Positions 1-9,031 of a stretch of DNA of 29,996 nt are shown in pieces. The DNA comes from an uncultured Myxococcales bacterium (GTDB taxonomy: Bacteria; Myxococcota; UBA4151). The notes beneath the pieces were generated by a model, which saw nothing but the letters and a program-made list of their open reading frames with translations, was not told where the DNA came from and did no database searches. Position 1 is the stretch's first letter. Each line of letters starts with the position of its first letter. Position numbers and translations under genes: made by a program. The stretch is taken from contig CAXGWI010000028.1 in NCBI GenBank assembly GCA_964013405.1, forward strand, positions 1 to 29,996. Direction: 5' to 3'.

Positions 1-54
1 CTCTGGCTCCGGCACTAGCTCCGGCTCTGGCTCCGGCACTAGCTCCGGCTCTGG
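1..54. repeat. 24-bp tandem repeat (about 2.25 copies visible) encoding PEPELVPE
   Basis: ctctggctccggcactagctccgg is identical at 1-24 and 25-48, with a partial copy at 49-54. Confidence 0.9.
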
Positions 55-726
55 TGCTGGCTCTGGCCCTGCTTCGATCTCTGGTTCAGAGGGGGGGCTT
101 TCAACGTCCACGGCGTGGGGGTCATGAGTCTCCGCAATCAACTGCAGCATGCCTGACGAGAGGTCTCCTTCATCGCCGATCGGGGGTGGAGCGATACTCT
201 GAGTCGGATCAACGCTCACTTCGCGACTTTGTTGGGGAGGATCGTCTGCTTGGTCAAGAGTGTGTGGCTCGGGAGCAGCAGGAGTTTCTGGTGAAGCCTC
301 CCCCTCGTCTTGACGCTCAGCCTCGGTGGCGTCCGGGGTCGTGGCGCGACTTTCAAAAACCCGCCGTTCGGCGGCGTCGACGGGGATTGGGATATGAACA
401 AAGGGTTCGATCGCTTGGAGAAAGCGCTCTAAGTTTGTCGGTGCGGCGATGAAGAGATCGGCGCCAAGAGCTAAGGCATGACCCGCATCGCCCGAGCCTC
501 CCAGAATGACCACGGCGGCCACATCACCCAGGGCGAGACCGCGAAGTTGCTGTATTTTAGCTGCCAGGGTGTCGTCATCGAAACTGCCTGCGAGGACAAG
601 GAGATCAGGGGCCGGCCCAGTCAGTTCCGATCGATGGGAAGCCTCCAAGCTCACTTCCGTAAGCAGCGCCTCTAAAGCAGAACCACTTCGATCGTCGGGA
701 TCGATGATCCAGATCTTTTCGGCCAC
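1..726 (-). CDS. Pseudo-receiver (atypical response-regulator REC) domain protein with long Pro/Glu-rich linker; partial, runs off the left edge
   Basis: Not in the ORF track (no stop in the window). Manual translation from GTG at 726, with AGGGAG SD upstream: MAEKIWIIDPDDRSGSALEALL...PDLLVLAG...AVVILGG...ALALGADLFIAAP, then an acidic/Pro linker ending PEPELVPEPEPELVPEPE. Open for 242 codons to base 1. Confidence 0.8.
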   Translation of the reverse strand, partial: MAEKIWIIDPDDRSGSALEALLTEVSLEASHRSELTGPAPDLLVLAGSFDDDTLAAKIQQLRGLALGDVAAVVILGGSGDAGHALALGADLFIAAPTNLERFLQAIEPFVHIPIPVDAAERRVFESRATTPDATEAERQDEGEASPETPAAPEPHTLDQADDPPQQSREVSVDPTQSIAPPPIGDEGDLSSGMLQLIAETHDPHAVDVESPPSEPEIEAGPEPAPEPELVPEPEPELVPEPE

Positions 727-738
727 CTGAAAGACTCC

Positions 739-3066
739 CTACATCAACTCGCTTGGATCCACGTCAATGGCGACTCGAACGCCGCTGCGCTGAGGCTGGA
801 GTTGTGCTTCCAAGCGACTGAGATGAGATTGCAAGTCCTGGGCCCGTTCTGCGGTAATGAGGAACTGAAATCGCCAGCGTTCCCTCAGTCGCTCAATCAC
901 ACTCGGTGCCGGACCTAAAACGTGACAGCCCGGGCTGGGAATTCGGCTCAGACGCATTGCTTCCGCTGCTGCTTCTCGCTTATTTTGATGGCTACATCGT
1001 ATGAGTGCAGCTCGGGTAAAGGGTGGCAAACCCATGGCCCGGCGTCGCTCTAGCTCCCATTGTAGAAAGCCATCACCGTCATGGTCACAGGCCGCCTGAA
1101 TCACGGGATGCTCACTATCAAAGCACTGAAAGAGCACTCTGCCTGGCTTACCGGCTCGACCGGCCCGTCCCGCCACTTGGGTGAGGAGCTGAAAGGCCCG
1201 CTCACCGCCTCGGGGGTCGGGAAGTTGCAGGCCCCGATCGGCGAGGATGACGCCGACCAGAGTAACGCTGGGAAGGTCATGCCCCTTTGCGAGCATCTGG
1301 GTGCCGACAACAAGATCTAGTTCGCCGGCAGCAAAACGCTCGAGGAGGCTTTGCATCGCACCTCTTCGCTGCCCTACATCGCTATCAAGACGCCCCACTC
1401 GGGCCTGGGGAAATCGCTCACGGAGACTGTTCTCAAGTTGTTGGGTTCCTTGTCCCAACTCACCGAGGTTGCTGGATTGGCATTCATGACAGGTCGTGGG
1501 TGGAGCTTGTTCATAGCCGCAGTAATGACAGACAAGACGGCGTGGGCGGTGGCTGACGAGGGCCACCGAGCAATGGGGGCACTGGCTTTCCACACCACAG
1601 TCGAGACAGGTCAAGAGCGGGGCCCAGCCCCGGCGATTGAGCAGCAGAATCGCCTGCTCTTTGCGGGCGAGGGTTCGCTCGATGGCCTGCTGCAGTGGTG
1701 GAGAGATCGGTAGCCGATCCTTAAAGGGAATTTCTTTGAGTTTGACCAAGTCGATGACCGGAAGCGTTGCCCCGGTCGCTCTTTGTCGAAGGTGATGGAG
1801 GTGACTGCTCTGCCGTTGTTCGTGGGCACGATGCCAAGTTTCGAGGCTCGGAGTTGCTGATCCAAGGACGATCGGACAGCCCGTATTTTTAGCCCGGACG
1901 ATGGCGAGGTCCCGGCCATGATAACGGGGGTTCTCCCCTTGCTTGTAACTGCTGTCGTGCTCTTCATCGACAATGATCAGACCCAATTGGTGACAAGGGG
2001 CAAAGACCGCTGAGCGAGCCCCGATGGCAATCCGGCTTTCTCCCCGCAGGCTCCGGTACCATGAGCTTCGACGTTCACTGTCTTTCAAGCCCGAGTGAAA
2101 GACAGCCACTTGGGGGCCAAAGCGAGCGGAAAACCGGGAGACCATTTGGGGGGTCAGGGCGATTTCTGGCACCAAAACAAGGGCGCTCTTACCCCGATCC
2201 AATACTTTTTGGATCAACTGCAGATAGACCTCTGTTTTGCCGGAACCCGTCACACCGTAAAGGAGGTGCTGGGCGAAGCCCCCATCAAGGTCGACGGCCT
2301 TCAGCACGGCTTCTTGTTCCGCCGTTGGCTTGGGGACTGTGTCTGCATCAGTCGGCGCCGGTGACAAACTCTGATGCATACGTTCAATGAAGTCCGAAGC
2401 CTCAAGAAGCTTGATGAGGCGACGGAGCCCCTTAAAGGCCCTCAGTTGTTGGGTCGGCACCCAGTCTCCAACTCGAATGAGATGCTCGAGGAGTTGACGC
2501 TGACTACGATTGCGTTTGGGCAGAGACTCAGGATCTCGTTTCGCTCGAATCAACTCGATCGTCGGCTCGGGGGCTGGTTGGGTCACACGGGTGTCGCAAC
2601 TGACCGCACCACTGGCGAGCAGTGCCTGGAGGGTTCCTTTTTCGAAGTCTCGAGCGGCGACGGCTCGGTGACCATCGAAGAGGCGCTCATAGGCTTCCAA
2701 GGCCGGACTTGTAGGCCAGGATTTTTCTGGCAGTCGAATGAGGCTTTTTATCGCGCTGATGCCTAAGCCTGCAGGCAGGGCAGCTCGAACCAATTGGCCC
2801 GGATCACAACGGTACCATTGGCAGGCGAAGGCGAGGGTTTGGCACAGGGCGGCATCGAAGATGGGCCCGGCGTCGAGATGGGCTTCGATCGGGCGGAGTT
2901 CGCCTTCATGACCCGTCGTTCCACATTCAAGTACAAGCCCTGTACAGCGACTGTTTCCGAGGGGGACGAGTACCCGTTGTCCCGGCTGTAAATCCTCTGT
3001 GCACTGGTAGCTGAGGAGGCGCCCGACGGGGCGAGCGACGGCCACTCGTGCCCACGCTGAGGCCAT
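739..3066 (-). CDS. priA: Primosomal protein N' (replication restart helicase)
   Basis: Walker A GVTGSGKTEVY, LVPEIALTPQ, DEEH box, four CxxC pairs (CLDC, CPHC, CHYC, CHEC), GTQMLAKGHD, QVAGRAGR. Confidence 0.97.
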   Translation of the reverse strand: MASAWARVAVARPVGRLLSYQCTEDLQPGQRVLVPLGNSRCTGLVLECGTTGHEGELRPIEAHLDAGPIFDAALCQTLAFACQWYRCDPGQLVRAALPAGLGISAIKSLIRLPEKSWPTSPALEAYERLFDGHRAVAARDFEKGTLQALLASGAVSCDTRVTQPAPEPTIELIRAKRDPESLPKRNRSQRQLLEHLIRVGDWVPTQQLRAFKGLRRLIKLLEASDFIERMHQSLSPAPTDADTVPKPTAEQEAVLKAVDLDGGFAQHLLYGVTGSGKTEVYLQLIQKVLDRGKSALVLVPEIALTPQMVSRFSARFGPQVAVFHSGLKDSERRSSWYRSLRGESRIAIGARSAVFAPCHQLGLIIVDEEHDSSYKQGENPRYHGRDLAIVRAKNTGCPIVLGSATPSLETWHRAHEQRQSSHLHHLRQRATGATLPVIDLVKLKEIPFKDRLPISPPLQQAIERTLARKEQAILLLNRRGWAPLLTCLDCGVESQCPHCSVALVSHRPRRLVCHYCGYEQAPPTTCHECQSSNLGELGQGTQQLENSLRERFPQARVGRLDSDVGQRRGAMQSLLERFAAGELDLVVGTQMLAKGHDLPSVTLVGVILADRGLQLPDPRGGERAFQLLTQVAGRAGRAGKPGRVLFQCFDSEHPVIQAACDHDGDGFLQWELERRRAMGLPPFTRAALIRCSHQNKREAAAEAMRLSRIPSPGCHVLGPAPSVIERLRERWRFQFLITAERAQDLQSHLSRLEAQLQPQRSGVRVAIDVDPSELM

Positions 3067-3539
3067 CAGAACTCGATTTTCACGACCCGATATTGTCGCT
3101 GTTCTTTTGGGGTCTCAAGATGCACCCGTTCGGGGAATAGAAGGGGCAAATCTCCCTGGCCATAATCGGTGAGCCTGAGGCGCTCTCCCTTGCAGGTGAG
3201 CTCCACGGGTAGGCCGGTGTCTTGATCGATGACCCAGCCACTCACTCCCAAGTCCAAGAGGACCTTGCCATCGACAAGGCGGGGCTTGACGGTTCCCGTG
3301 AGATCCACGCCACAGGCCTCGGCGATCCGGGGGGTAGAACGCCCATGAACCAGCAATCCCAGCCAAGCGCCGAGGACTCCCGGGCTCGAAATATCGATTC
3401 GTTGTGTGGTCGAATGGGATGCAAGGTGAATGGCTTTGGGGTTCTGATTGTGACTTTTTAGAATCTCTAGACGACCGGTGAGATAGGTCGCAGGCTCCGG
3501 GAAAAAGCCGAGAATGAGGGTGAAGATCAGCGTAGTCAT
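3066..3539 (-). CDS. Hypothetical exported protein, possibly LolA-like fold
   Basis: Hydrophobic N-terminus. WVIDQDTGLPVEL...LTDY...FPERVHL resembles LolA-like sorting domains. TGATG overlaps with both galU and priA. Confidence 0.7.
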   Translation of the reverse strand: MTTLIFTLILGFFPEPATYLTGRLEILKSHNQNPKAIHLASHSTTQRIDISSPGVLGAWLGLLVHGRSTPRIAEACGVDLTGTVKPRLVDGKVLLDLGVSGWVIDQDTGLPVELTCKGERLRLTDYGQGDLPLLFPERVHLETPKEQRQYRVVKIEF

Positions 3540-4405
3540 CAGGACGAAGTCAACTCTTCAATCGCATGCCGTAGTGCGGCAGCATCCTTACTTTTTAGGC
3601 CCTGAGCAAGGCTTGCGATCAAGAGCCCTAAGGCAGAGCCTGAATCAAAGCGAGCTGCCCTCGGGACGAGGCCGTGAAAGAGGCCTTCCTGGGCCAAGCG
3701 ACGCAGGCCATCTGTCAGTTGAATCTCACCGAGAGCTCCCCGATTCTGGCTCCTTAGAATATCGAAGAGTGAGCGATGAACCAGGTAGCGTCCGGTAATC
3801 GCCTGGCAACTGGGGCTCTCTTCGGGCTGTGGCTTTTCAACCATGTCCTCGAGTCGCCACTGGTGCGCACTGATTTGCTCGCCGGCGACCATGCCATATT
3901 GCCGGCTCTGCTGCCGTTCGACCGTATGTAAGCCAAGGACACAGCCACCCTTCTCTTCATGGAGCGCGATCAACTCGCCGAGGGCCGGTGGCTCGCCGAG
4001 ATAGAGATCATCGGGAAGCATGACGGCGAAGTATTCTTCTTGGATACAGGGCTCACCGCAGAGCACGGCATGACCGAGTCCGAGGGCTTCACCTTGGCGA
4101 ATCTCGATGAAATCAGCACTTCGATTGCGATCGGCAATACGTTGGGCCCAGGCTTCATGGCCACTGCGCTGAAGGATAGACTCTAGGAGGGGGTGACGAT
4201 CGAAGTGATCGAGAATGCTACTTTTACCCCGGGCGCTGATAAAGATGACCCGCTCAATACCCGAAGCGAGGGCTTCCTCGACAACCCACTCAATGGCCGG
4301 CCGGTCGTAGATGGGTAGCAGTTCTTTAGGGACGGACTGGCTGGCCGGAAGCAGTCGAGTCCCCCACCCTGCAGCCGGAATGATCACACTGCGAATCGAG
4401 CTCAT
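3539..4405 (-). CDS. galU: UTP--glucose-1-phosphate uridylyltransferase
   Basis: VIIPAAGWGTRLLPAS..PKELLP, ALGLGHAVL, VMLPDD, VEKP, EIQLTD. Start moved from the ORF-track 4636 to ATG 4405 (MSSIRSVIIP) with GAGGA upstream. Confidence 0.93.
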   Translation of the reverse strand: MSSIRSVIIPAAGWGTRLLPASQSVPKELLPIYDRPAIEWVVEEALASGIERVIFISARGKSSILDHFDRHPLLESILQRSGHEAWAQRIADRNRSADFIEIRQGEALGLGHAVLCGEPCIQEEYFAVMLPDDLYLGEPPALGELIALHEEKGGCVLGLHTVERQQSRQYGMVAGEQISAHQWRLEDMVEKPQPEESPSCQAITGRYLVHRSLFDILRSQNRGALGEIQLTDGLRRLAQEGLFHGLVPRAARFDSGSALGLLIASLAQGLKSKDAAALRHAIEELTSS

Positions 4406-4477
4406 CGTTTCATATTTCCTCATGCTCAGCGGAATGGACTTTGCAAGTAAAGCGCTGGGACCGAAAGCGAGTTTCTG

Positions 4478-5206
4478 ATGCCTGTCTATGTTCTTCTTCT
4501 GCTGGCGGCAACGCCTTCCACGTTGGGCCTCGATGGAGGAATGGCTCTCGACTCGGACCGATGGGGGCCAGGGCAAAACCCTGCAGCCCTGTCCTTGGGT
4601 CGAAGCTATCTCTATATGGGCGGGGCTTTTCGCCAACTCGACAAGGGCGATTACACCTTGGGCCTTGGGGCAGTGGACGCTGTCTCGGGGCCCGTGGCTG
4701 GAAGTCTGGGTTTACTCGTCTCCCAGCCCGACGGCAGCCTGATTGGGGAGACAGGCTTAGGGCTCTTGTTGAGCCCCCAACTGGCCGCCGGTCTCGCTGT
4801 GGTAAAACCCAACGAGGATTGGAGCCACCTTTCTGCACGAACCGGCGTAGCCCTCGTTCAGGGGCCCATGATCTTTGGTGTTCATTACGACTTTTCAGTG
4901 GAGGAATTGGCCACGCCCTGGACCTTTTCTGGCTTGTACCGAGGGCGCCAGGGCGGTTTCAGGGCGAGCCTTGATCTCCAAAATGACCTCTCTTCACGCC
5001 TGGGAATTCTCCTCGAAAGACAGCGGATGCGCTTAGAACTCGGGGGTCGTCTTGATGCCGCGCGCAGTCCCCGGTCCTACGCCTTTGCAATCGACTATCT
5101 TGAAAAGGGAGGATGGCTTGGTTTGGCTTACCGGCGAGATCTCGAAAGTCAGACCCAATTCATTGGTTTTCGATTTGCAGCCCAATTGCGTCGTCGGTCT
5201 CCTTGA
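4478..5206 (+). CDS. Putative outer-membrane beta-barrel protein
   Basis: Short signal-like N-terminus, NPAAL motif (like the NPA motif of FadL/PorV-type barrels), and alternating Gly/aromatic/hydrophobic strands ending FIGFRF. Confidence 0.65.
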   Translation: MPVYVLLLLAATPSTLGLDGGMALDSDRWGPGQNPAALSLGRSYLYMGGAFRQLDKGDYTLGLGAVDAVSGPVAGSLGLLVSQPDGSLIGETGLGLLLSPQLAAGLAVVKPNEDWSHLSARTGVALVQGPMIFGVHYDFSVEELATPWTFSGLYRGRQGGFRASLDLQNDLSSRLGILLERQRMRLELGGRLDAARSPRSYAFAIDYLEKGGWLGLAYRRDLESQTQFIGFRFAAQLRRRSP

Positions 5207-6393
5207 GCCTTTTACTTCCCCTTCGAATCCAAGGGCTACGCCGGCCTCAAGACGATGCATTGCATCTTCAACTGGGCTCGAGGCGAACGCACGTTCATGT
5301 CTTACTCTTGATGGCAAAGCCGATGGCAGGGGTGTACCTGCTGACCGATGGGCCCTTTAAAGGATCTCAACCCCATGGAAGCCAGGGGCCTTGGCGGCAT
5401 CGTTTGGTCGGCAAAACCATCATTGGCCTGCGACAGGCCCCTGGTCTTTGGGAGTTGGCCTTGGAAGAGGGCCAGGTGCTCGCTTTGAATTGGCGACGGA
5501 GGCAGGCTGGTCTTCGCCTGCAAGATCATTCGATTCTGGGGGGGGATTGGCAAAGCAGCCTGCCTTTGGAGACCCCCTATCCCACCGAGGAATTTTTAGC
5601 GAAACGGCGACAAGAGCAAGTGGATTCTTGGCGAGCGCGGGAACAGGGGCGGATCAGCAAGCAGATGGATGAGCTAAGGCGGGCCGATCCGGGAGACCCG
5701 GAAGGCCTACGAGCCTTTGGTCAGCGGCTTTCCTCCCTCCGGCACCAAGTGACCCAGGAGACCGAGGTCTTTTTGCTGCCTTCCTTCGACGGGGAAGCGC
5801 CAGCGGACCGAATCGATCGGCGCCGGGGAGAGAGCCTGCAGGACCGGGTGGATCGATTTTATAAAGAGGCCCGCCGTGAAGAGCGGCGTCAAAAAGGCCG
5901 TGCTGACCGCCTCGAGCATTTGCAAGCTCGATGGGTAGCGATCGAAGGTGAAGAGCCGCCACGAAGAACGGTGCAACCCGCCGCTGGGCCGGCAAGGGGA
6001 AGAGCAGAGAAGGGCGTTCGGCGCTATTGTCTCCCGTCGGGGCGTGACGTGTTTGTGGGTAAGGACGCCAGTTCAAATCACCGCGTGACCTTTGGTCTCG
6101 GCCGGGGGCGTGACCTTTGGTTTCATCGCCGAAATGGGCCAGGTCCTCATGTTTTGCTGCGTCGGGGTAAAGGAGAAACCGTGCCCGAGGAGGAGGTTCA
6201 CCTCGCGGCCGCGCTCGCTTTGAGATTTGGTCCTAGGGGCACCGAACCCCAGGAGGAGGTTCGCTGGACCGAGCGGCGCTTTCTCGACCCAGTACCGGGA
6301 CAGCCAGGCAAGGTGCTCGTTCGAGAAGAGCGAGTCCTTCTGGTGAACCTGAGCCATTTTCAGGCTGCGATTGAAAACTTGCTCAACCGCTAA
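5203..6393 (+). CDS. NFACT-family protein (RqcH/Rqc2/FbpA-like) with C-terminal NFACT RNA-binding (DUF814) domain
   Basis: VFVGKDASSNHRVTF...DLWFH...GPGPHVLLR...LAAALA matches NFACT-R. Central coiled coil ending DRFYKEARR. The TTG start at 5203 overlaps the upstream TGA (TTGA); this start is inferred. Confidence 0.85.
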   Translation: MSLLLPLRIQGLRRPQDDALHLQLGSRRTHVHVLLLMAKPMAGVYLLTDGPFKGSQPHGSQGPWRHRLVGKTIIGLRQAPGLWELALEEGQVLALNWRRRQAGLRLQDHSILGGDWQSSLPLETPYPTEEFLAKRRQEQVDSWRAREQGRISKQMDELRRADPGDPEGLRAFGQRLSSLRHQVTQETEVFLLPSFDGEAPADRIDRRRGESLQDRVDRFYKEARREERRQKGRADRLEHLQARWVAIEGEEPPRRTVQPAAGPARGRAEKGVRRYCLPSGRDVFVGKDASSNHRVTFGLGRGRDLWFHRRNGPGPHVLLRRGKGETVPEEEVHLAAALALRFGPRGTEPQEEVRWTERRFLDPVPGQPGKVLVREERVLLVNLSHFQAAIENLLNR

Positions 6394-6772
6394 TGAGGGG
6401 GCTTTGGGCTTCCATCGGGTCTTCGGGGACCACTGCGAGTTCGACACCTTCGTTCATCATGTGAACCGTGCCGTCTAACACGACACCACGAGCCACTTGC
6501 AGCGATGGCGTGTGAAGCTCCCCAACAAGTCGGCCGGGGGATTCGAGTTCGGCTCCTTGCGTCGCGATCACGACGCCTTCGACGACGCCGTTGAGAATCA
6601 AGGTTCCCACCCGAATCGTGCCCTCAATCCGGGCTCCTTCGCCAACGATGAGTCGATCTCGGCTGACGATGTCGCCGCGAAAAAATCCATCGATGCGAAC
6701 ATCGCCTTCAAAATCGAGACTTCCTTCAAACCGGGCCTCTGGGCCGAGAACGGTATGCATTCCTTTGTTCAT
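6383..6772 (-). CDS. Bactofilin (polymer-forming cytoskeletal protein), BacM-like by position after parB
   Basis: TVLGPEARFEGSLDFEGDVRIDG.FRGDI...LIVGEGARIEGTI...G.V.G beta-helix repeats. ATG 6772 overlaps the parB TGA (ATGA). Confidence 0.92.
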   Translation of the reverse strand: MNKGMHTVLGPEARFEGSLDFEGDVRIDGFFRGDIVSRDRLIVGEGARIEGTIRVGTLILNGVVEGVVIATQGAELESPGRLVGELHTPSLQVARGVVLDGTVHMMNEGVELAVVPEDPMEAQSPLISG

Positions 6773-7641
6773 TGTTCGTTTCCTTCCACCAGGCTCACCA
6801 ACTGACTCATCTTGCTCAAGACTGTTTTCGCTTGCTCCGGTGATTTCGCCTGCAGGCGAATCTGCCGGCCTTTGAGAATCACTTCTACGCCAAAATAACG
6901 TTCCAACTCCGGGTCGCATACCAACTCCCCCTTTCTGGGCTGTTTCAGGGGCTCCTCGTCGGTATTTTCGACGGCGAGGCGCTGTCTAATCTCGTTTTCT
7001 GTCTTTCGTACGGACCAGCTCCCGGCGAGCAAGGCCTGAAGGCATTCGTCTTGTTGTTGGCCTTCTTGGAGGCCGAGGAGTGCTCGCGCATGACCCATAT
7101 CAATTTGGCCCGACGCGAGCGCTAAGCGGCTGGGCTCACCGAGCCGCAACAGGCGGAGCGCATTGGCGATCGATGAGCGGCTTTTGCCCACATGCTGGGC
7201 GATCTCTCCCTGAGAGAAGCCATGATCCCGCTGCAGTTGGGCGTAGGCATCGGCTTCTTCGAGGACGTGAAGGTCGCTGCGTTGGAGATTCTCCACGAGG
7301 GCCAGGATGGTATTGGTTTGGGCGTGAGCTTCTCGAATCACCGCTGGGATACGTTGCCAATCTAACTTGCCAGCGGCACGAAACCGGCGTTCTCCTGCGA
7401 TGATTTGATAACGGCCGCTGCCGGTCGGACAGACGACGATCGGCTCCAGGAGACCATGGGATGCCATGGATGCGGCCAATTCCGTGAGGAGCGTATCGTC
7501 AAAGACCTGGCGTGGCTGTTGTGGGTCCCTATCGATGGCGCTAAGCGGCAGTTCCTGAAGGTCGCTAGACCGTTGCGGGCGCTTCTCGTCCATCAGGGCG
7601 CTGAAGCCTTTGCCCAGGCGACTGTTGCTGTTCACGAGCAT
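6769..7641 (-). CDS. parB: Chromosome partitioning protein ParB/Spo0J
   Basis: N-terminal LGKGFSALM ParA-binding peptide, QPRQVFD, IIAGERRFRAA CTPase box, ENLQRSDL, HTH GKSRSSIANALRLL. Start ATG 7641 or GTG 7635. Confidence 0.96.
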   Translation of the reverse strand: MLVNSNSRLGKGFSALMDEKRPQRSSDLQELPLSAIDRDPQQPRQVFDDTLLTELAASMASHGLLEPIVVCPTGSGRYQIIAGERRFRAAGKLDWQRIPAVIREAHAQTNTILALVENLQRSDLHVLEEADAYAQLQRDHGFSQGEIAQHVGKSRSSIANALRLLRLGEPSRLALASGQIDMGHARALLGLQEGQQQDECLQALLAGSWSVRKTENEIRQRLAVENTDEEPLKQPRKGELVCDPELERYFGVEVILKGRQIRLQAKSPEQAKTVLSKMSQLVSLVEGNEQ

Positions 7642-8398
7642 TCCTTTCAAGGTATTCAGAGGCCAGATCAAGATAGCGTTGAGCGCCACGACATGTGATG
7701 TCGTAAAGTAGCGCTGGCTTGCCATGGCTTGGGGCCTCTGCAAGGCGGACGTTTCTTGGTATATCAGTACGATAAACAAGATTTGAGAAGTAGTTTCGGA
7801 TTTCTCTAATCACCTGATCAGAAAGTCTGGTGCGACCGTCAACGAGGGTCATGACGATGCCTTCGAGCTTGAGATCAGGGTGATACGACGCGCGTACGCG
7901 ATCGACGGTTTCGAGCAGGTGACTCAGGCCTTCCATCGCATAAAACTCTGCTTGGAGCGGCACCAGAATCGAGTCCGCCGCAACCAGCGCGTTGAGTGTG
8001 AGGAGGCCAAGACTCGGGGGACAGTCGATCAGAATCTCGTCGTATTGATCCCTCAAAGCGTCAATAACCCGGCTTAGTTGCCTTTCTCGACCGAGAAAGG
8101 AGACCAACTCCATCTCTGCGCCGACGAGATCTTGACCGGCGGGAATCAGGTCCAAGTGCTCAAGAATCGTTCGCTGTACCACCTCTTCGGGGCTCAAGTC
8201 CTGAACAAGCGCATGGTAGATCTGAGCGTCGCCCAGTTGACAATGGACGCCGAAAGCGCTGCTTGCATTGCCTTGCGGGTCGAAATCGACCAGGAGAACT
8301 CGCCGTTCCGCTGCGGCCAAGCTCGCCGCGAGATTCACGGCGGTCGTCGTCTTGCCCACGCCACCCTTTTGGTTTGCCACTGCGATCACGGTCGCCAT
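7565..8398 (-). CDS. parA: Chromosome partitioning ATPase ParA/Soj
   Basis: NQKGGVGKTTT deviant Walker A, DFDPQGNAS, IDCPPSLG, IPRNVRLAEAPSHG. Confidence 0.97.
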   Translation of the reverse strand: MATVIAVANQKGGVGKTTTAVNLAASLAAAERRVLLVDFDPQGNASSAFGVHCQLGDAQIYHALVQDLSPEEVVQRTILEHLDLIPAGQDLVGAEMELVSFLGRERQLSRVIDALRDQYDEILIDCPPSLGLLTLNALVAADSILVPLQAEFYAMEGLSHLLETVDRVRASYHPDLKLEGIVMTLVDGRTRLSDQVIREIRNYFSNLVYRTDIPRNVRLAEAPSHGKPALLYDITCRGAQRYLDLASEYLERNAREQQQSPGQRLQRPDGREAPATV

Positions 8399-8401
8399 TG
8401 C

Positions 8402-8962
8402 TTAGACTCCTATGGAAGCCAGCTTTACCCCTGCAAGGATTGAGCCTTTCGACTGGCCATCGAGCCATATTTCATAGCGCTGACGGTCTTCTACATGGCC
8501 GGGATCAGGTCCTGTCATTTGGACACTGACCGAAGCCAATGCGCCAACAGCTTCAAGAAACTCTGCGGGCGGGAAGACCGCTCTGCTGATCACTCGGTCG
8601 AAGTCCGTCCACGATGGGTCCCAGCGGCCTTCGATGACGGTGAGAGGGAGATCCAGTTGTTGGGCTGCATAGCGCAGCCACGTGCAACGTTTGGCCCGCG
8701 GCTCCACCAGCGTGAGTTCTAAATCGGGGCGAATCATGGCCAGCGGCAGACCAGGGAGGCCTGCACCACTCCCGAGATCGGCCACCCGACAGCCAGGAGG
8801 AAGGAAGGGGGCGAAAGCGAGACACTCCAGGAGTCGCTCAGCCAGGTCGTTTGGCTTGAGACGACGGCTGAAGAGGTTGTGGGCCTGATTCCACTTCCAG
8901 AGAAGATGCCGGAGGGGTTCAAGAACTTCGCCCTGAACAGAATCGACCACCAACTTGTTCAC
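8402..8962 (-). CDS. rsmG: 16S rRNA m7G527 methyltransferase (GidB)
   Basis: WN...NL, DLGSGAGLPGLPLA, EPRAKR, SRAV; directly upstream of parA; GTG start. Confidence 0.9.
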   Translation of the reverse strand: MNKLVVDSVQGEVLEPLRHLLWKWNQAHNLFSRRLKPNDLAERLLECLAFAPFLPPGCRVADLGSGAGLPGLPLAMIRPDLELTLVEPRAKRCTWLRYAAQQLDLPLTVIEGRWDPSWTDFDRVISRAVFPPAEFLEAVGALASVSVQMTGPDPGHVEDRQRYEIWLDGQSKGSILAGVKLASIGV

Positions 8963-8971
8963 GATAGGTCC

Positions 8972-8987
8972 TGTTTCACGTGAAACA
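8972..8987. promoter_or_regulatory. parS centromere site 1
   Basis: Perfect consensus palindrome TGTTTCACGTGAAACA, extending to 18 bp at 8971-8988. Confidence 0.96.
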
Positions 8988-9015
8988 GTTCGGCGTGGTT
9001 GCGTGTGAGGAGAGT

Positions 9016-9031
9016 TGTTTCACGTGAAACA
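9016..9031. promoter_or_regulatory. parS centromere site 2
   Basis: Perfect TGTTTCACGTGAAACA, 44 bp start-to-start from site 1. Confidence 0.96.

Noticed and set aside
54..730. Plus-strand ORFs 54..452, 478..675 and 506..730
   Set aside because: They are antisense shadows of the minus-strand pseudo-receiver ORF, which has an SD and a recognisable fold
4406..4636. N-terminal extension of galU in the ORF track
   Set aside because: It overlaps the divergent gene at 4478, and GalU homology begins at MSSIRSVIIP
7642..7779. Longer ParB and bactofilin N-termini (starts 7779 and 6919)
   Set aside because: They lie inside the upstream genes, and the downstream starts have SDs or stop-start overlaps
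8972..9031. Two identical palindromes with a 28-bp spacer as a mini-CRISPR
   Set aside because: The 16-bp repeats match the parS consensus exactly, lie next to parAB, and no cas genes are present
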